Source of the DNA: Takakia lepidozioides
Lineage: Eukaryota; Plantae; Bryophyta
Direction of reading: 5' to 3'
NCBI GenBank assembly: GCA_030704615.1
Contig: CM060731.1
Span: forward strand, 85,870,001-85,934,000
Length of the DNA: 64,000 nucleotides
Below the pieces are notes generated by a model. It was not told the DNA's origin. It saw only the letters and a list, made by a program, of their open reading frames with translations, and did not search any database. The position numbers were made by a program, and so were the translations under genes. Positions 13,601 through 25,749 of this stretch are shown in pieces. Each line of letters begins with the position of its first letter. The first letter of the stretch is position 1.

Positions 13601-16600
13601 GTGAATATTGTCTTCAGGTTGCCCACACAATGGGCACTTACAATCCCCTCTCTGCAACTGTTTGTTGTTCAAAGGTAGGCTACCCGCCCTGAGTTTGAAT
13701 TTCAGTCTAGTGCCGAGGGTGGGTAGACCCTTGAGGTCATCCATGATGGCCTCACCCATGTCACAGACTGGAAACAGGTTCAGGGAGGTTTTCTGCCTAA
13801 CTTCATTTTCTTCAGAAAATTTCCTGGCAATAGACATGGCTTTGGAAACTTCAGCTTCTAAGCCAGATTTATCCAGCAGGGTCATGGCTAGTGGACTAAG
13901 ATTCAGATCCTTGAAAATCTCTTCTACCCTCTTCCGCCAGGATTTAGCCTGTTTGACAGGGCGGTCCTGCTTCCAAGATATAGAGTCGATTAACTTAGGA
14001 TATCTGGTATTAGCCATACGTTGCAGCTGACCCCACCATCTGATTTTGAATTCATTGCGTCGGGAGCTTATGGGAGGAATGCCAAACCCACCCCGAACAG
14101 CCACATTAGCTGTTTTGGAGCATGCTGACATGCACTCCTTGAGCACCCCGACTTGGATGGATTCAAGAGACTTAGCCTGGTTGGAGTTGTCAACCCATAC
14201 AGCAGATGCATACTCCAAGGCCGGCCTGATAACGCGGCAAAGTATGGTTTTTTTCCTTCAGAGTTGATCCCTCTGCAGTGGAAAAATTTAGTGAGACCCA
14301 GCGCTTTGCGTTTGCCAGATTGAACCACTCTTTGAATATGTGCTTCCCAATTACAGTTGGAGGAATATCAACGCCAAGATAGGTGTAGGAGGGGAGAACA
14401 GGAATCTCTTGGCTTCCCCACTGCCACTTGAGGTCGCCTCCTCCTTCCCCCCGGTCGTTGAATGCCACCGCTGCGCATTTACTGACATTGGCCTCTAGCC
14501 CCCAAAGATCAAAGTATCTCTTCGCGCAATCTATCAGCCCCTGGAGGTTGGAAGGAGTCTCCCCTATGCCTGCGAAGTCATCCATAAGGGCTGGTGTGGT
14601 GGCATCACCCACCCTTAACCCAAATCCCTCACTTTCCACATCCTCCAGTAGTTGATTGATGAAAACATTGAAGAGCAGAGGGGAGAGGGTACATCCTTGA
14701 GCTACACCTTGGTCTATGTCAAAGAAATTAGACTTCTGTCCATTAACAGTTACACAGCTTTTAGTGTGAGCATACAAGTTATGGACCACTCTCCACATCT
14801 TTCCCTTGATCCCGGAAGACCAGAGTCGGAGCCATAGACCGTCTCTCCACACAGTGTCATAGGCCTTTTTGACATCCAGGAAAAAGACAAAAGTAGGTTT
14901 CCCTTCTTTTTTCCTTCCCTGGATAATCTGGCTGAGTGTGAAGATATGATCCACGCAGCCCCTGTTTCGCCAAAAGCCAGCTTGGCCTTCATGGAAACAA
15001 CCTCTGGACTCCAGATCAACCTCGAGACGAGTACTTATAACTCTGCAGAATATCTTGCCAACTGCATTAAGAAGCGTGATGCCCCGATAGTTACCCGGCT
15101 CTTCTGTCACCTTTCTTATATAAATTGACAATGACCCCCTGCCGCCAGCAAAAGGGGGTAATTTCAGTCCTCCATATAAGGTTAAAGAGAAGAACAAGGG
15201 CCTCTATCATAGGGTCACCACCATGCTTGATAAGCTCATTGACAATGCCATCAGGGCCACCAGCTTTGTATCCGTTTAGATGCTCAATTGCTTCTGCAAT
15301 CTCAGAGGAACTAATGGGAGCGTTATAACCCTTTGAAATATACTCCAGTTCATCAGGGCTGTCTTGAATCATAGACACAGTTCTTTCTACTGTGTCATTC
15401 CATTCTTCAGAAAACCCTCGCTGCTAGAACTACAATTTCTGCCAAGTGTACTGTAGTGGGTTTCAAAGGTGTTGACAATGTCAGCCGTTGAAGTCACCAC
15501 TGCACCCTTAGGGGTCCTCAGCGCTTGTACTTGCTGACAATTTTTCGGCTTGTACAGACGTTGAAGGGCCAACCAGAATTTCTTGTCATTACCACCGTGG
15601 TGGTTTGAGTTTATTTCCCCGTATAACTTATCCCAATATAGTTTCTTCTGAGAACTTACAAGCTGATTGATATCTTTGCGGAGCTGGTAGTACCTAACCC
15701 AAAGGTCATTATTGCAGCACTCTTTATAGAGGGCTCGTCTCTCGGCAATCTTGAGTTTGATCTCATTGGTCCACCAATTAACAGCTCTACGGCAGACAAT
15801 TAGTTTCCTCCCAATGATCTTTTCAGCCACAGAAGAGACGAAACTCTCCCTAGAGTCCACCGCTCTTTCGACTTCATTTCTTGCATTGTCAGCGCGAGAT
15901 TGAAGGTCTTGGAGCGAATGGACAAAGTTGGGCAGAGCCTCTTGCAAGGCCTGGATATACTCCGCCTTGATCTCTTCATTTCGGAATTTTTCAATGCACC
16001 ACTTCTGGATTGAACGTTTCACAGATCTCTTGGTGTTGGGGAAACACCTTTTGATCTCAGTCCAAACCAGAAAGTGGTCAGAGGTACCAATATCAGTTCT
16101 GTCAATTAACACATTGGCACACTGGGGAAACAGATTCTTGTCCGCTATGATATAATCCGCAATGGATCGTTCCCCAGTTTGGGCTTTCTCACGGGTCCAC
16201 TGCACCTGTTCACCTTTTGACCTATTGTTCAGGGTTGAAAGCTGAAGCTCTTCCAGACAGTTAATTAACCGTCTTCCATTAGAGTTCAGCTCGTCCTCAC
16301 CAAAATGTCCGATGATATCATCCTGGTGAAGACCTTTACCCACCCGGGCATTGAAGTCACCCAATAAGACCACCTGACCCTTGGCAAGGAACTTAGCACA
16401 GTCCAGCTTTACGTCTTCGAAGGCTTTATCTGCGTCAGCACTACGGGTCCCCTCTGTGGGCATGTAAACACAGCCCACAAATAGGCCCTTCAATTTCAGT
16501 TTCAGCCAGATACTGTGCTCATACCGCAAATCCTTGTTGATAATTTCACAATTGTCACACAAGAAATCTCGGACAAAGAAGCCAACACCTTTTTGCGCAC

Positions 16601-19600
16601 GCTTGGCAGAGGTCACCTTAAGCACACACATCTTGCCAAACCAACGGTAGCCGTTGACATCTCCAACCAGTTTGTCCGAAGTTTCCCATGTCTCTTGCCC
16701 AGCACAGATATGAATACCATTTGACTGAAGAACTTGTCCCACTTCAAATTTTTTCCTTTGGTTAGTCAACCCCGAGAAGTTGAAAGTGCCCAGCCGCAAG
16801 CCAGCCTTTTGCATATGGATTGTTTGCCGTCTAGGGAGCCTATGATTGCTCCTGGACGACCAACCGCTCTGCAAAGGGGGATCAGTTGCCCCATGTGTAG
16901 ATTTTGGGCGTCTAGAGTAAACCTTAAGGATTGGCAAGCCATTCAGAGTGCCAAATCCTTCAGGCGAAGATTTAATTCTTCTAGAGTAAACCTTAAGGAT
17001 TGGCAATCCATTCAGAGTGCCAAATCCTTCAGGTTCCTGACGCTCAGCCTCAGCACACATAGGGCCAACTAATCTGTCTGGCTGCTTGGTATCGATCTCT
17101 TCCAGGGCTTCAAACCGGTTAGAAACTTTCAAGTTGAAGTCCCCACACTTGACTGTCTCCTATGGTATCCCACCGGTATACCAAGGGCATACTTCCCCCA
17201 AATACCCCCCACTCCATTCACACTATACAGACGGCTCCCACTCTGGCTCCAGAGCTAGATATGGCGTCTACCATGCCGTCACTAACAAAGACACTGCCCA
17301 CCAACTCCCCGGCCCCGCGATAATACTACGTGCCGAGCTTATGGCTATCTTCACCAATGTCTAAGACCGCCCTCCAACCAGTCAAGGGGCGAATTTCTTT
17401 GAAGCTGATTTGATGTGGGATTCTATTTGTAGCAGATTTAGGCAATGAAACCTTCAAAGTACCTCTGTTATCCAATCTTGAGATGGTGCCATTAGCCACA
17501 TAATCCAAGCCTAAGCTGGAGCAGGTAGTTTTAAAGGACACATCGTCCATCCTGGGATTCACCCCAAAAACTACACATGAAGCTCTAGATTTGGCATAAG
17601 TAACCATTTCCCAGGAATCACCCTGAGTAGTGTTATTATTGGAGTGGCCAAATATTTTTTCTGTATTCGCAGGCTGTAAGTTTAAGCACAAGGACCAACC
17701 CTAGCCCAAGTGCCGAGTATGCTAGACAGAGCATGCAACTGCCCATTTTTGGCGGAGGGGCTGCCCCCAAGCGGTAGGGGTCCGCTTGTTACCATTCAGA
17801 GATCATCACTCCAAAGGAGCTGCAGGGAATGGCCCGCGTAGACATGTTCTAAAGAGGGAGAGGCCCCAGACTCTCCAACTAAATCCAACGTACTACCTTA
17901 CCCAAAGCAGAGTGCTTCAGGTCAAAACAAACCAAGACTCGCAAGGCCGGCATTTAGTCACAGAGACATTTATCTACTCCCATTTCAAGTCCACCCAATG
18001 TCGATAGGCTTCCTAGAGGGCAGAGAGAGAATGTACTCATAAGACGTGTTTTGCCGTAGCCTTGTGGCCATTGACCCCGCGCCCAGTTTGAGCGGAAAAG
18101 GGCAGAGAGAGAGAGAGAGAGAGAATGTACTCATAAAACATTGTTTGCCATAAGAGAGAGAGAGAGAGAGCATGTCAACCCTATATTAGGAAACTCGACA
18201 TGTCCTGTCCATGTCTTTCTAACAACATTAGACAGCCTGGTTGAGGCATATCAACTGCCACCATCCAAATCTGTCTCACGGAAAAAACAGATGTAGGGTG
18301 TTCTACGTGGCAATCAGCTGCACACTAGATAGGCAGGTCACAGGAAAAAGGTTTCCTTCACACTTTCATATATTGGAAGCAAAACAAAAGGGGAATGGCA
18401 GAGTAGTGCCAATGCAAAGGCAACTCCCTTCAGTGTGACCACATGCCTTCAGATCTTTACCCTCAAGAACCCAGCAATGAAATAAAGTGAAGTGGCCTCA
18501 CCCGGATCCCTCACAGCCACCCAATAAACCAACAAGTTGTTTATGTCTGTGGCACCCCAGGCTTAAACCCCTTCACATTTGTTATTGATGTCATACTAAC
18601 AAAGAATGTACGCATAAGATGCTGTTTGCCATAGTCTTGTGGACATAGACCCCGTGCCCTGCCCAGGGAAGAGAGGTAAGGGAGGTCTGTACAGCCAATT
18701 AAACCAGCAGTAAGCAACCATTTCCAAAGAGAGTGCCTTCGTGTCAATAGGTAGTTTAGTGTAGCACTTCATGGTAAGGCTACAGTTCCTAGGCGCTTGG
18801 AAGCATACAGGAAGCTACACCACAAAGCGAAGCAACATTCATCAGTGAGCACTCATTCCCAGTACTCCAGAGGGAGGGGGTGTTGCTCCCAAAGTAAGCA
18901 CCCATTTGTTACAAGAGCCAAATGAGCTACCTTCATAGCAAAGTCAAGCACAATGATGCTCTAGATATATTTTGGTGTATGTGAGCTGAGACCCAACCAT
19001 CTGAGCCAAGAGGGTTAGTATGTCTCCTGGACCGGTGCCCACGAGGTTACATTGGTCGATCTCTCTGTCCCTCTATCTCTCTCTGTGGACTTTGATAATT
19101 TTTTTCTTCTATCTTTGTTGTTCTTACTTCCAATCATCCGCTAGGTTTATAGCCAGAAGGGCAGTGTAAGGGGTACAGCTTCTTCCTTGTTTTGAAAAGG
19201 AGGAAAGGGGAAATTCTCAAGATCAAACTTTACTAGCACACTTCTTCAGGAGCCACCTTAGCAAACCCAAGACCATGAAGGCAACAAAAGAGGCAAATAC
19301 TGAAAATAAAGGCATAAGTCCTCTGAAAACAAGAAGCGGCTCGCTTCTAGAACCATCTTGATGCACATTCTTCCCCTCTGTCTCTCCCTCTCTTGGTAAC
19401 TTGTAGTCATAGCCAACAGTCATAGGTGTGTATGTAGGCAACATGAGCTTGTATGTCATGGAGTTATGCAGCTAATGACTGCCTCATTATTGGGTGTTAT
19501 GCTGCAGGTGCTTGTTTACTCTCCTGATGGCCGTTGCCTCTTCAAGTATTCTGCATATGACAATGCATTGGGCTTGAAGTCAGTCATGTGGTCCCCATGT

Positions 19601-21470
19601 GGCCAGTTCTTGGGTGTGGGTAGCTATGATCAAGTGATGCGTGCATTGAATCATCTAACATGGAAGCCTCTGGCCGAGTTCAATCATCCAACTGTTGTCA
19701 AAGGCCCCTCTGGTTCTGTTGTTTTTAAGGTGAGATACTAAAACATACAAGTGAGTGATACTTGTCAACAATAAGCTTAGGATGTAATGGACACTTGCAT
19801 GTGACATTTCTTAAGCACTGCGTGGGGCACATTGATTCCCACTTTTCTTACAGACTGTGAAGCCTAAATCACAAATGTGGCAAGCCCAGACCCCCATGTT
19901 CAGTTGATTGAACCACATTGTACAACTTCCAACATGAGTCCAGGTGCTACAGTGCCCTCACTACTAGTAATCTTCTGCAAGACATAAGTAACACAAGATG
20001 AAACCTTTAAAGTGACAAAGAGTTTTACTTTCAAATGCAGCTTCAAAAGCATGATGCCTCCAGCAGGAACATTCAAGTTTCTGGTTCCCATTCTCTTTTC
20101 GGCATGGATTCTCCCTATATAATTAGACAGCATTTTCCTTGCAGAGACGGAAGGTTGAACCATGTTGATAGTACCACCATGGAAAATGATATGAATTATC
20201 GATGAATTATTATGTTTTCATATTGCAGGAAATCGAGGAAGCCTGGCATGTCGACATGCAGAATGGGTATTTAAATGGTATGCCCATTCATGATAATGTA
20301 GGTAGATGCAGCCGTAAGAACAGCCATTGCTATGAATACAAGTGTGCTAAGGAAGGTTTTGTTTGACATCAAAGGTTTGTGTCTATTTGTCCTTCTCTCT
20401 GTTGAATCATTTTCTGACTGTGGTTAGGGATATCCTGTGGATGTTTGGGAGAAATCCTTGTTATGGACAATTGCTCTTCAATTCAGACTGCAACTTTGAT
20501 TGTTTAAGTCCAGACTAAAGCCAATTTTATTGTAACGGATAGATGTGATTCATAATTACATGTTTTAGCTTGGTATGGTTAAGGCCCACCCATGCCAAGG
20601 GAGGGTAGACTACAGCTTTGAGGAAGGTGACCACAGCTATACAACTTATTCATTGTAATATAATCCTGAAATTTGCCGACTGATGATGTGTCTGCTGAGT
20701 TCGGAAATGTGACAGACAATGCCAGCGTTAAAGGGACCAGAGTGCGCTACAAAGTGGCTGAATTGCCAGTGATGGTACCGTCACAAAAGCCACCGCCTGA
20801 CAAGCCCAACCCAAAGCAAGGCATTGGTATCTTTTCGTACACTCTCTTGGTCATTCTACATGCACAGACTTAGTGTCATATCCAAAGATGGAGAGACGTA
20901 ACTTGAAGAGTAAAGAGAATGGGAACTATTTTGGTTGCTCTTTGTTGCAGTCTGTGGCCCTTAACATATCTGTAATTGTGATATTACTCCTTGTTTGGCT
21001 GTGACATCATGCATTCATGATGTTTATCTTGTAGAGCCTGACCGCCTACCACACCATTGATATAGCACATCTCAGATGTTCTGATAACAAACTGCACCTT
21101 GTGGTCAGGTTTGTTGGGGTGGAGCTCAGACAGCAATTATATTTTTACCCGCAATGACAACATGCCAACAGCTCTTTGGATATGGGATATATCGCGTTTA
21201 GAATTGGCTGCGCTTCTCATACACAAAGATCCCATCCGTGCAGCAGCATGGGATCCCATCTACCCGCGCATCGCTCTTTGCTGTGGAACCTCCCACTTGT
21301 ACATGTGGACACCAGCCGGTGCTTGTTGTGTAAATATTCCCCTCTCTGAGTTTGTGGTATGTGACCTCAAGTGGAACTCTGATGGGACTGTGTTGCTCCT
21401 GAAAGACCGTGAAGCATTTTGTTGTACCTTTGTTCCAGCACTTTCTGAGTTTGATGGGGACGGAATTTAA
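10453..21470 (+). CDS. WRAP73: WD-repeat protein WRAP73 (WDR8), 7 exons: 10453-10569, 11093-11265, 11610-11925, 19508-19729, 20229-20301, 20716-20826, 21109-21470 (about 457 aa)
   Basis: [99 protein letters not shown] and [13 protein letters not shown] are characteristic of WRAP73. All junctions are GT..AG with compatible phases. The exon 5 donor could instead be at 20277. Confidence 0.92.
12300..12365 (+). mobile_element. Very short (66 bp) 3'-end copy of the intronic LINE, with 15-bp TSD
   Basis: Matches the LINE 3' end (...CTTATGAGTACATT); flanked by TCTCTTTCCTTGAAT at 12285-12299 and 12366-12380. Confidence 0.75.
13246..18016 (-). mobile_element. Non-LTR retrotransposon (RTE/RTEX-like LINE): APE endonuclease, RT, C-terminal Cys/His knuckle; frameshifted; (TC)n 3' end
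   Basis: ORF 15387-17132 has [26 protein letters not shown] and TSDHFLV. ORFs 15091-15378 and 14190-15197 have [27 protein letters not shown] and [16 protein letters not shown] 13253-14218 has [17 protein letters not shown]. The 3' end abuts (GA)n at 13225-13246. Clade assignment is tentative. Confidence 0.88.
17161..17362 (+). other. RNase H fragment inserted antisense inside the LINE N-terminal region
   Basis: HYTDGS...RYGVY...ILRAELMAI is the N-terminal half of RNase HI (first Asp and the Glu motif). It interrupts minus-strand LINE coding text (GWRAVLD | [16 protein letters not shown]). Confidence 0.6.
18031..18151 (-). mobile_element. Two further short 3'-end LINE copies (18031-18098, 18124-18151) embedded in (GA)n
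   Basis: AATGTACTCATAA... matches 13246 onward; the first copy is flanked by AGGGCAGAGAGAGA at 18017-18030 and 18099-18112. Confidence 0.75.
18604..18666 (-). mobile_element. Diverged short 3'-end LINE copy
   Basis: GAATGTACGCATAAGATGCTGTTTGCCATAGTCTTGTGGACATAGACCCCGTGCCC aligns to the LINE 3' end. Confidence 0.6.
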
Positions 21471-22228
21471 CTTTGTAGAATCATGTGACCTACCGATTTG
21501 GTTTCTCCTTGCTTTCATTTTCTGAGATGTCGCTGGAGTAGGGTCAGTGTGAGTAGAACATAGTTGGTGAGAGGAGCGGTCCTGATTTTACGAAGGCAAA
21601 TTCTTCTTGCATTCAGAAGTTCTCTTTACTTGGACGGATGTTCCCAGATGGGTGGGTGTTATTTCTCCCAGTTTCGAAGCCTCTTGGCCTCTTTTGAATC
21701 CGATGAACAATCTTTCTCCCTATTTCGCTTGGCCAGATCAGATCGGAACGTGTTACAGCCCACTCTGAAAAGTGAAATCAACAAAATTTGTATATAAGAC
21801 TGCGCATATGGTTAGGCTCTCTCCATTTCAACACGTTTTCTGACATTGGGTTCCATTCTGTACTCTAAATTTTTCCAGTCTTGGCAAAGTCATTTTTGTA
21901 TCCTCTTTCTTCCAGTGAATTGGCTCTTTATATTGCTGTCCCTTATGAGTGAGCATAGAACTTAAAGAATGTAAAAACCCACTTAGAAATTCCCTTTGTT
22001 AAAATCGTTACCTTCTCCAACGGGAAGTTTCATCCTGCATGAGGAGGTACCTCACGACAGGCATAAGACCCCTAGGCCCTTCCGAAATTCGAAAGGACGG
22101 AATTCGAAAGGAGACGATTTTTGGGGGGCCATGGAGGGTTACGTAGTTTTTACGCCGTTGAAGGGCTACTAATGAGGCCCTTCCACCCTTTTCGAATGTA
22201 GTAGCCCATGTTCAAGCTTTCTTAAACG

Positions 22229-22505
22229 GTGGGAAGGCCTCAGCTGCTCTTCCCCTGTACATAATGCACTGACATAAGTATGAGGCTCTGCACTCACGCC
22301 CCAAATTCCCCCCTCACTGCCCATGTTCACTACGCTCGAAAAGGGTGGAAGGGCCTCATCAGCTGCTCTTCCCCTATACATAATGCACTGACATAAGTAT
22401 CACGCTCTGCACTCACGCCCCAAATCCCCCCCTCTACCTACTAGCCCCACGGCACTACGGTGGAAGGGCCTCATCAGCTGCCCTTCCCCTATACGCAATG
22501 CACTG
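22229..22505. repeat. ~115-bp tandem repeat, about 2.5 units
   Basis: GGAAGG(G)CCTCA(TCA)GCTGCTCTTCCCCT.TACATAATGCACTG recurs near 22232, 22347 and 22463. Confidence 0.75.
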
Positions 22506-23161
22506 TGTTGTGGTGTGATTGTGCTCGTAGTATGCATCTGCGTATGTACCACCACTACGTGAACTTTTTTCAATGTGTAAGGATTGACTTGCCTTTTTTT
22601 TTCTTTTTTCTTTTTTCTTTTTTCTTCTGGTAGTAAAAAATTTAACAATCCTCAAATGGCAATGGGCTCTCTCGCTTTGGCAAACATAAGATGAAGGTAA
22701 GACTAGGGAGCATGACTCAGCACAACACACCAATCGGTGCCTTATCACGGTGTAAGGTCGTTTGACCACATTTTCTCCATTGACCTCAACATGATGCATA
22801 GTAGTCTCTCCCTAAACAAACTTTACCTTTTATTTGTACAAGAGAACCAACAAAGAAGGGAATAAAGGGCCCAGGTTTGAAGTGGGGGTGTGAGGATTAG
22901 AGAGTGGTCCAAGAATTAAAAAGCGGGTGATATAGTAAGCTACACCACGACTTGAATTAATAACCGTCATGTAAGGGGGGTAAGAAAAAACAATGCATGA
23001 AGCCGAAAAGGATATTACCCTGCGTGCCACCCCAAATTGGGTCAGAAAGTGTGGCATGCCGGTTTCTAGGGCTCACACGTGTCACAGGGCAACCTTCTAG
23101 AAGGTCCCACCGCGTGAGGATCCTGCGGGCTTCTAGAAGGGCCCCACCGCCCTAAGAGGGT

Positions 23162-23351
23162 TGTCGTGCGCATACATATCGCTACACAACTACATCGCTG
23201 TCCAAAACCACACAACACATGTGCACACCACACACTAGTATACCACTAGTCTACCACTAGTCCAGCCACTAGTCCAACCACTAGGCTACAACTATGTCAG
23301 TCACTAGGCTGCCACTACGCTGCCCACTATGGCAGTCACTAGTCCACACAA
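23162..23351. repeat. Split-LTR block A1 of copy 1
   Basis: Near-identical to 23676-23865; rich in CCACTAG units. Confidence 0.9.
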
Positions 23352-23673
23352 TGATAAGAAGAAGAAACAAGCACAAGCTCATGCGAGCTCACAAAGCTGA
23401 AGCATAAACTCATGCATATATAACCTCATCACTCAAATACAAGTCAAGCCAAGTGCACCCCACGCCATGGGGAATCCACACTACGGCGCCATAGCTAGGC
23501 GCGGTGAGGCTCAACTCGAGAAAGATGAGTCTCCCGCGCTTGCCGTGAAGATAACCACTCCAGGGCCTAAATCTGCCTTGACCCCTGGATTGACACTTGG
23601 CCAATCCCAAATGTCAATATGTAAAGATAGCTATTTCCTAGCTAGTTTCACACTAGTGTAAAATAACTTGACA
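23352..23673. repeat. Split-LTR block B1 of copy 1
   Basis: Near-identical to 33887-34213. Confidence 0.9.
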
Positions 23674-23675
23674 GC

Positions 23676-23865
23676 TGTCGTGCGCATACATATCGCTACA
23701 CAACTACATCGCTGTCCAAAAACCACCAACACATGTGCACACCACACACTAGTATACCACTAGTCTACCACTAGTCCAACCACTAAGCCCAACCACTAGG
23801 CTACAACTAGTCAGTCACTAGGCTGCCACTACGCTGCCCACTATGGCAGTCACTAGTCCACACAA
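23676..23865. repeat. Split-LTR block A2 of copy 1
   Basis: Repeat of A1, joined to B1 through the palindrome GACAGCTGTC (23670-23679). Confidence 0.9.
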
Positions 23866-23877
23866 TCGCCCCCCTAG
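23866..23877 (-). promoter_or_regulatory. Polypurine tract of copy 1
   Basis: Minus strand CTAGGGGGGCGA directly precedes TTGTGTGG (start of block A2); identical tract at 37609-37620 in copy 2. Confidence 0.75.
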
Positions 23878-24129
23878 CTGGTGCTTAGGTCCCCTCTAAG
23901 TCTAGGTAGCCACAAGATGTGATAGTGACCATAGCCTCACTAAGTCCTCCACCACTATCCCTACTACACTCAAACTCGATAGATCAAGAGGCCGGGTGCA
24001 AGAGTTGCCCCAATCGTTAGTCGCCGTCTTGCACCTGTGAACTTGAGCTTGGATCTCATGTATTGACTCCTATGAGCTTGCCTCCCATGTCTTGTTAGCT
24101 GTCCTCCAGTCATGTCCACTGCACTATCC

Positions 24130-25420
24130 CAGTAGTGTGGACACAACCAATCTCCGTCAGGAACCTTCTCAGAGAGGTGGGTCAAGCATCCCATAATGCC
24201 AACCCCCTTGAGCCACCGATCACACACCAGCTGGTTGCCTGCCCCTTTGGCAGACCCACAGCGCATGCACCTCAAACCTGCAGGTACCACTGCCAAGTTT
24301 TTGGGTCAACTCTGCCATCGACATTGGGAAGGTGCGATGGGCGCACAATTACGCACATGGTCTTTCCAATTCATGCCATCCCGACCCGACGCCTCAAGAT
24401 CAGGACCCCTGAGGGCAACACCTCTCGAACCCTCAGATAACACGCCCGCAGTAACATCCAGATTCGTAGGAGCAATCTGCTGCAAATAAACATAGTCACC
24501 AGGGCTTAAACCTCCGAACCCCAGGACGATATCCCTCCACCACCACTTATAGTGGCATACCTCAACGTATCCCGTGCTGTGGTTGTCATGTCAGGTTCTC
24601 AAAGCCATGGGCAATGATTTCTTGAACAACTCTGCACGCTGATCACATGCACGTACCCACACGTCCGGATCGTCAAGGTTAAGGACTTGAGCAGTGTCCC
24701 TACGAATGGCTGCAGGCAAATCCGGCTCTCGGCCAAAGAGAAGGAAATATGGTGAGAAGGAGGCAAGTGATGCTTGTTTGCTGAACCTGTAGCCCATGGC
24801 TAACCAAGGAACCTGAAGATCCCAATCTCCTAGGTGTCCCTTCTGCAAGCCATACTTGCGCAAACCCCTCTTCACCGTCTGAACAACTCTCTCTGCTAAG
24901 CCATCGGCCTCAGGATGATCCCGAGAAGTGGTGCGGTGGTCTATCAAGGCTTTATCACACAAAGCCTGAAACTCCCCCAAGAACTCTCTCCCTTGGTCCG
25001 TGAGTACCTCAGCTGGAGCACCAAATCGGCTAAGCACACGATCCAAGAATGCATACGCAGCCCCCTCACTAGCCTTGTCAGGCAATGGAACCAACTCAAT
25101 CCACTTGGAGAAGTGCTCCACCATCACCAACACATATCTGTGGTGGCGCATAGTCAGTGGCAACGGTCCTGCGAAGTCAAGACTCCCAATCCCATGATAG
25201 GTAAAGGATGCAACTGTGGTGTAGGGGCGTTGAATGAAGCACGCACCCTGTCACACACCATGCACCTAGCCACAAACTGTTGCACCTCTGTATGCATACC
25301 ACGCCACCAATACTGCCCCTGCAGTAAACTGTGAGTGCGTCGCACTCCAAAATGCCCCAACTCCTCATGGGCATGCCGCACTAACCGTGCACGCTGTGTG
25401 GGGTGAGGCACAATCCTCAC
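24130..25420 (-). pseudogene. Integrase (HHCC zinc finger, DDE core) with C-terminal PHD finger, frameshifted
   Basis: HAHEELGHFG...CMVC; VEHFSKWIE; LTDQGREF; HPEADGLAERVV; terminal CMRC...VCDR...GCLT...VPDGDWLCPH. Confidence 0.88.
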
Positions 25421-25749
25421 CCGACCATCCTCCCACACTCGAAGTAGGTGTATCCCCTCCCACTTGAACCTCTTGGCTCGTTGCAGGATCCGATCCCTCT
25501 CCCTGGCAGTCACAATGGCTGCCGTGTCTCCCGTGCGGAGGTAGTCCAACACAGCCGAATCCTCATGTATATCTCTGGCACCACCTAGCTCATCACTAGC
25601 CTCAGGGTCCTCAGACACTCCGTCTACAGTCATCCCTGTTGTAGGTCCAATCTGACCTCCCGATGCCAAGATACACAAAAATGCAGATGCGTGCCATCCC
25701 GGCACCATCTCCTCGTCCGTCTCACCCATGCCACCGAGCTCCAGTGTCA

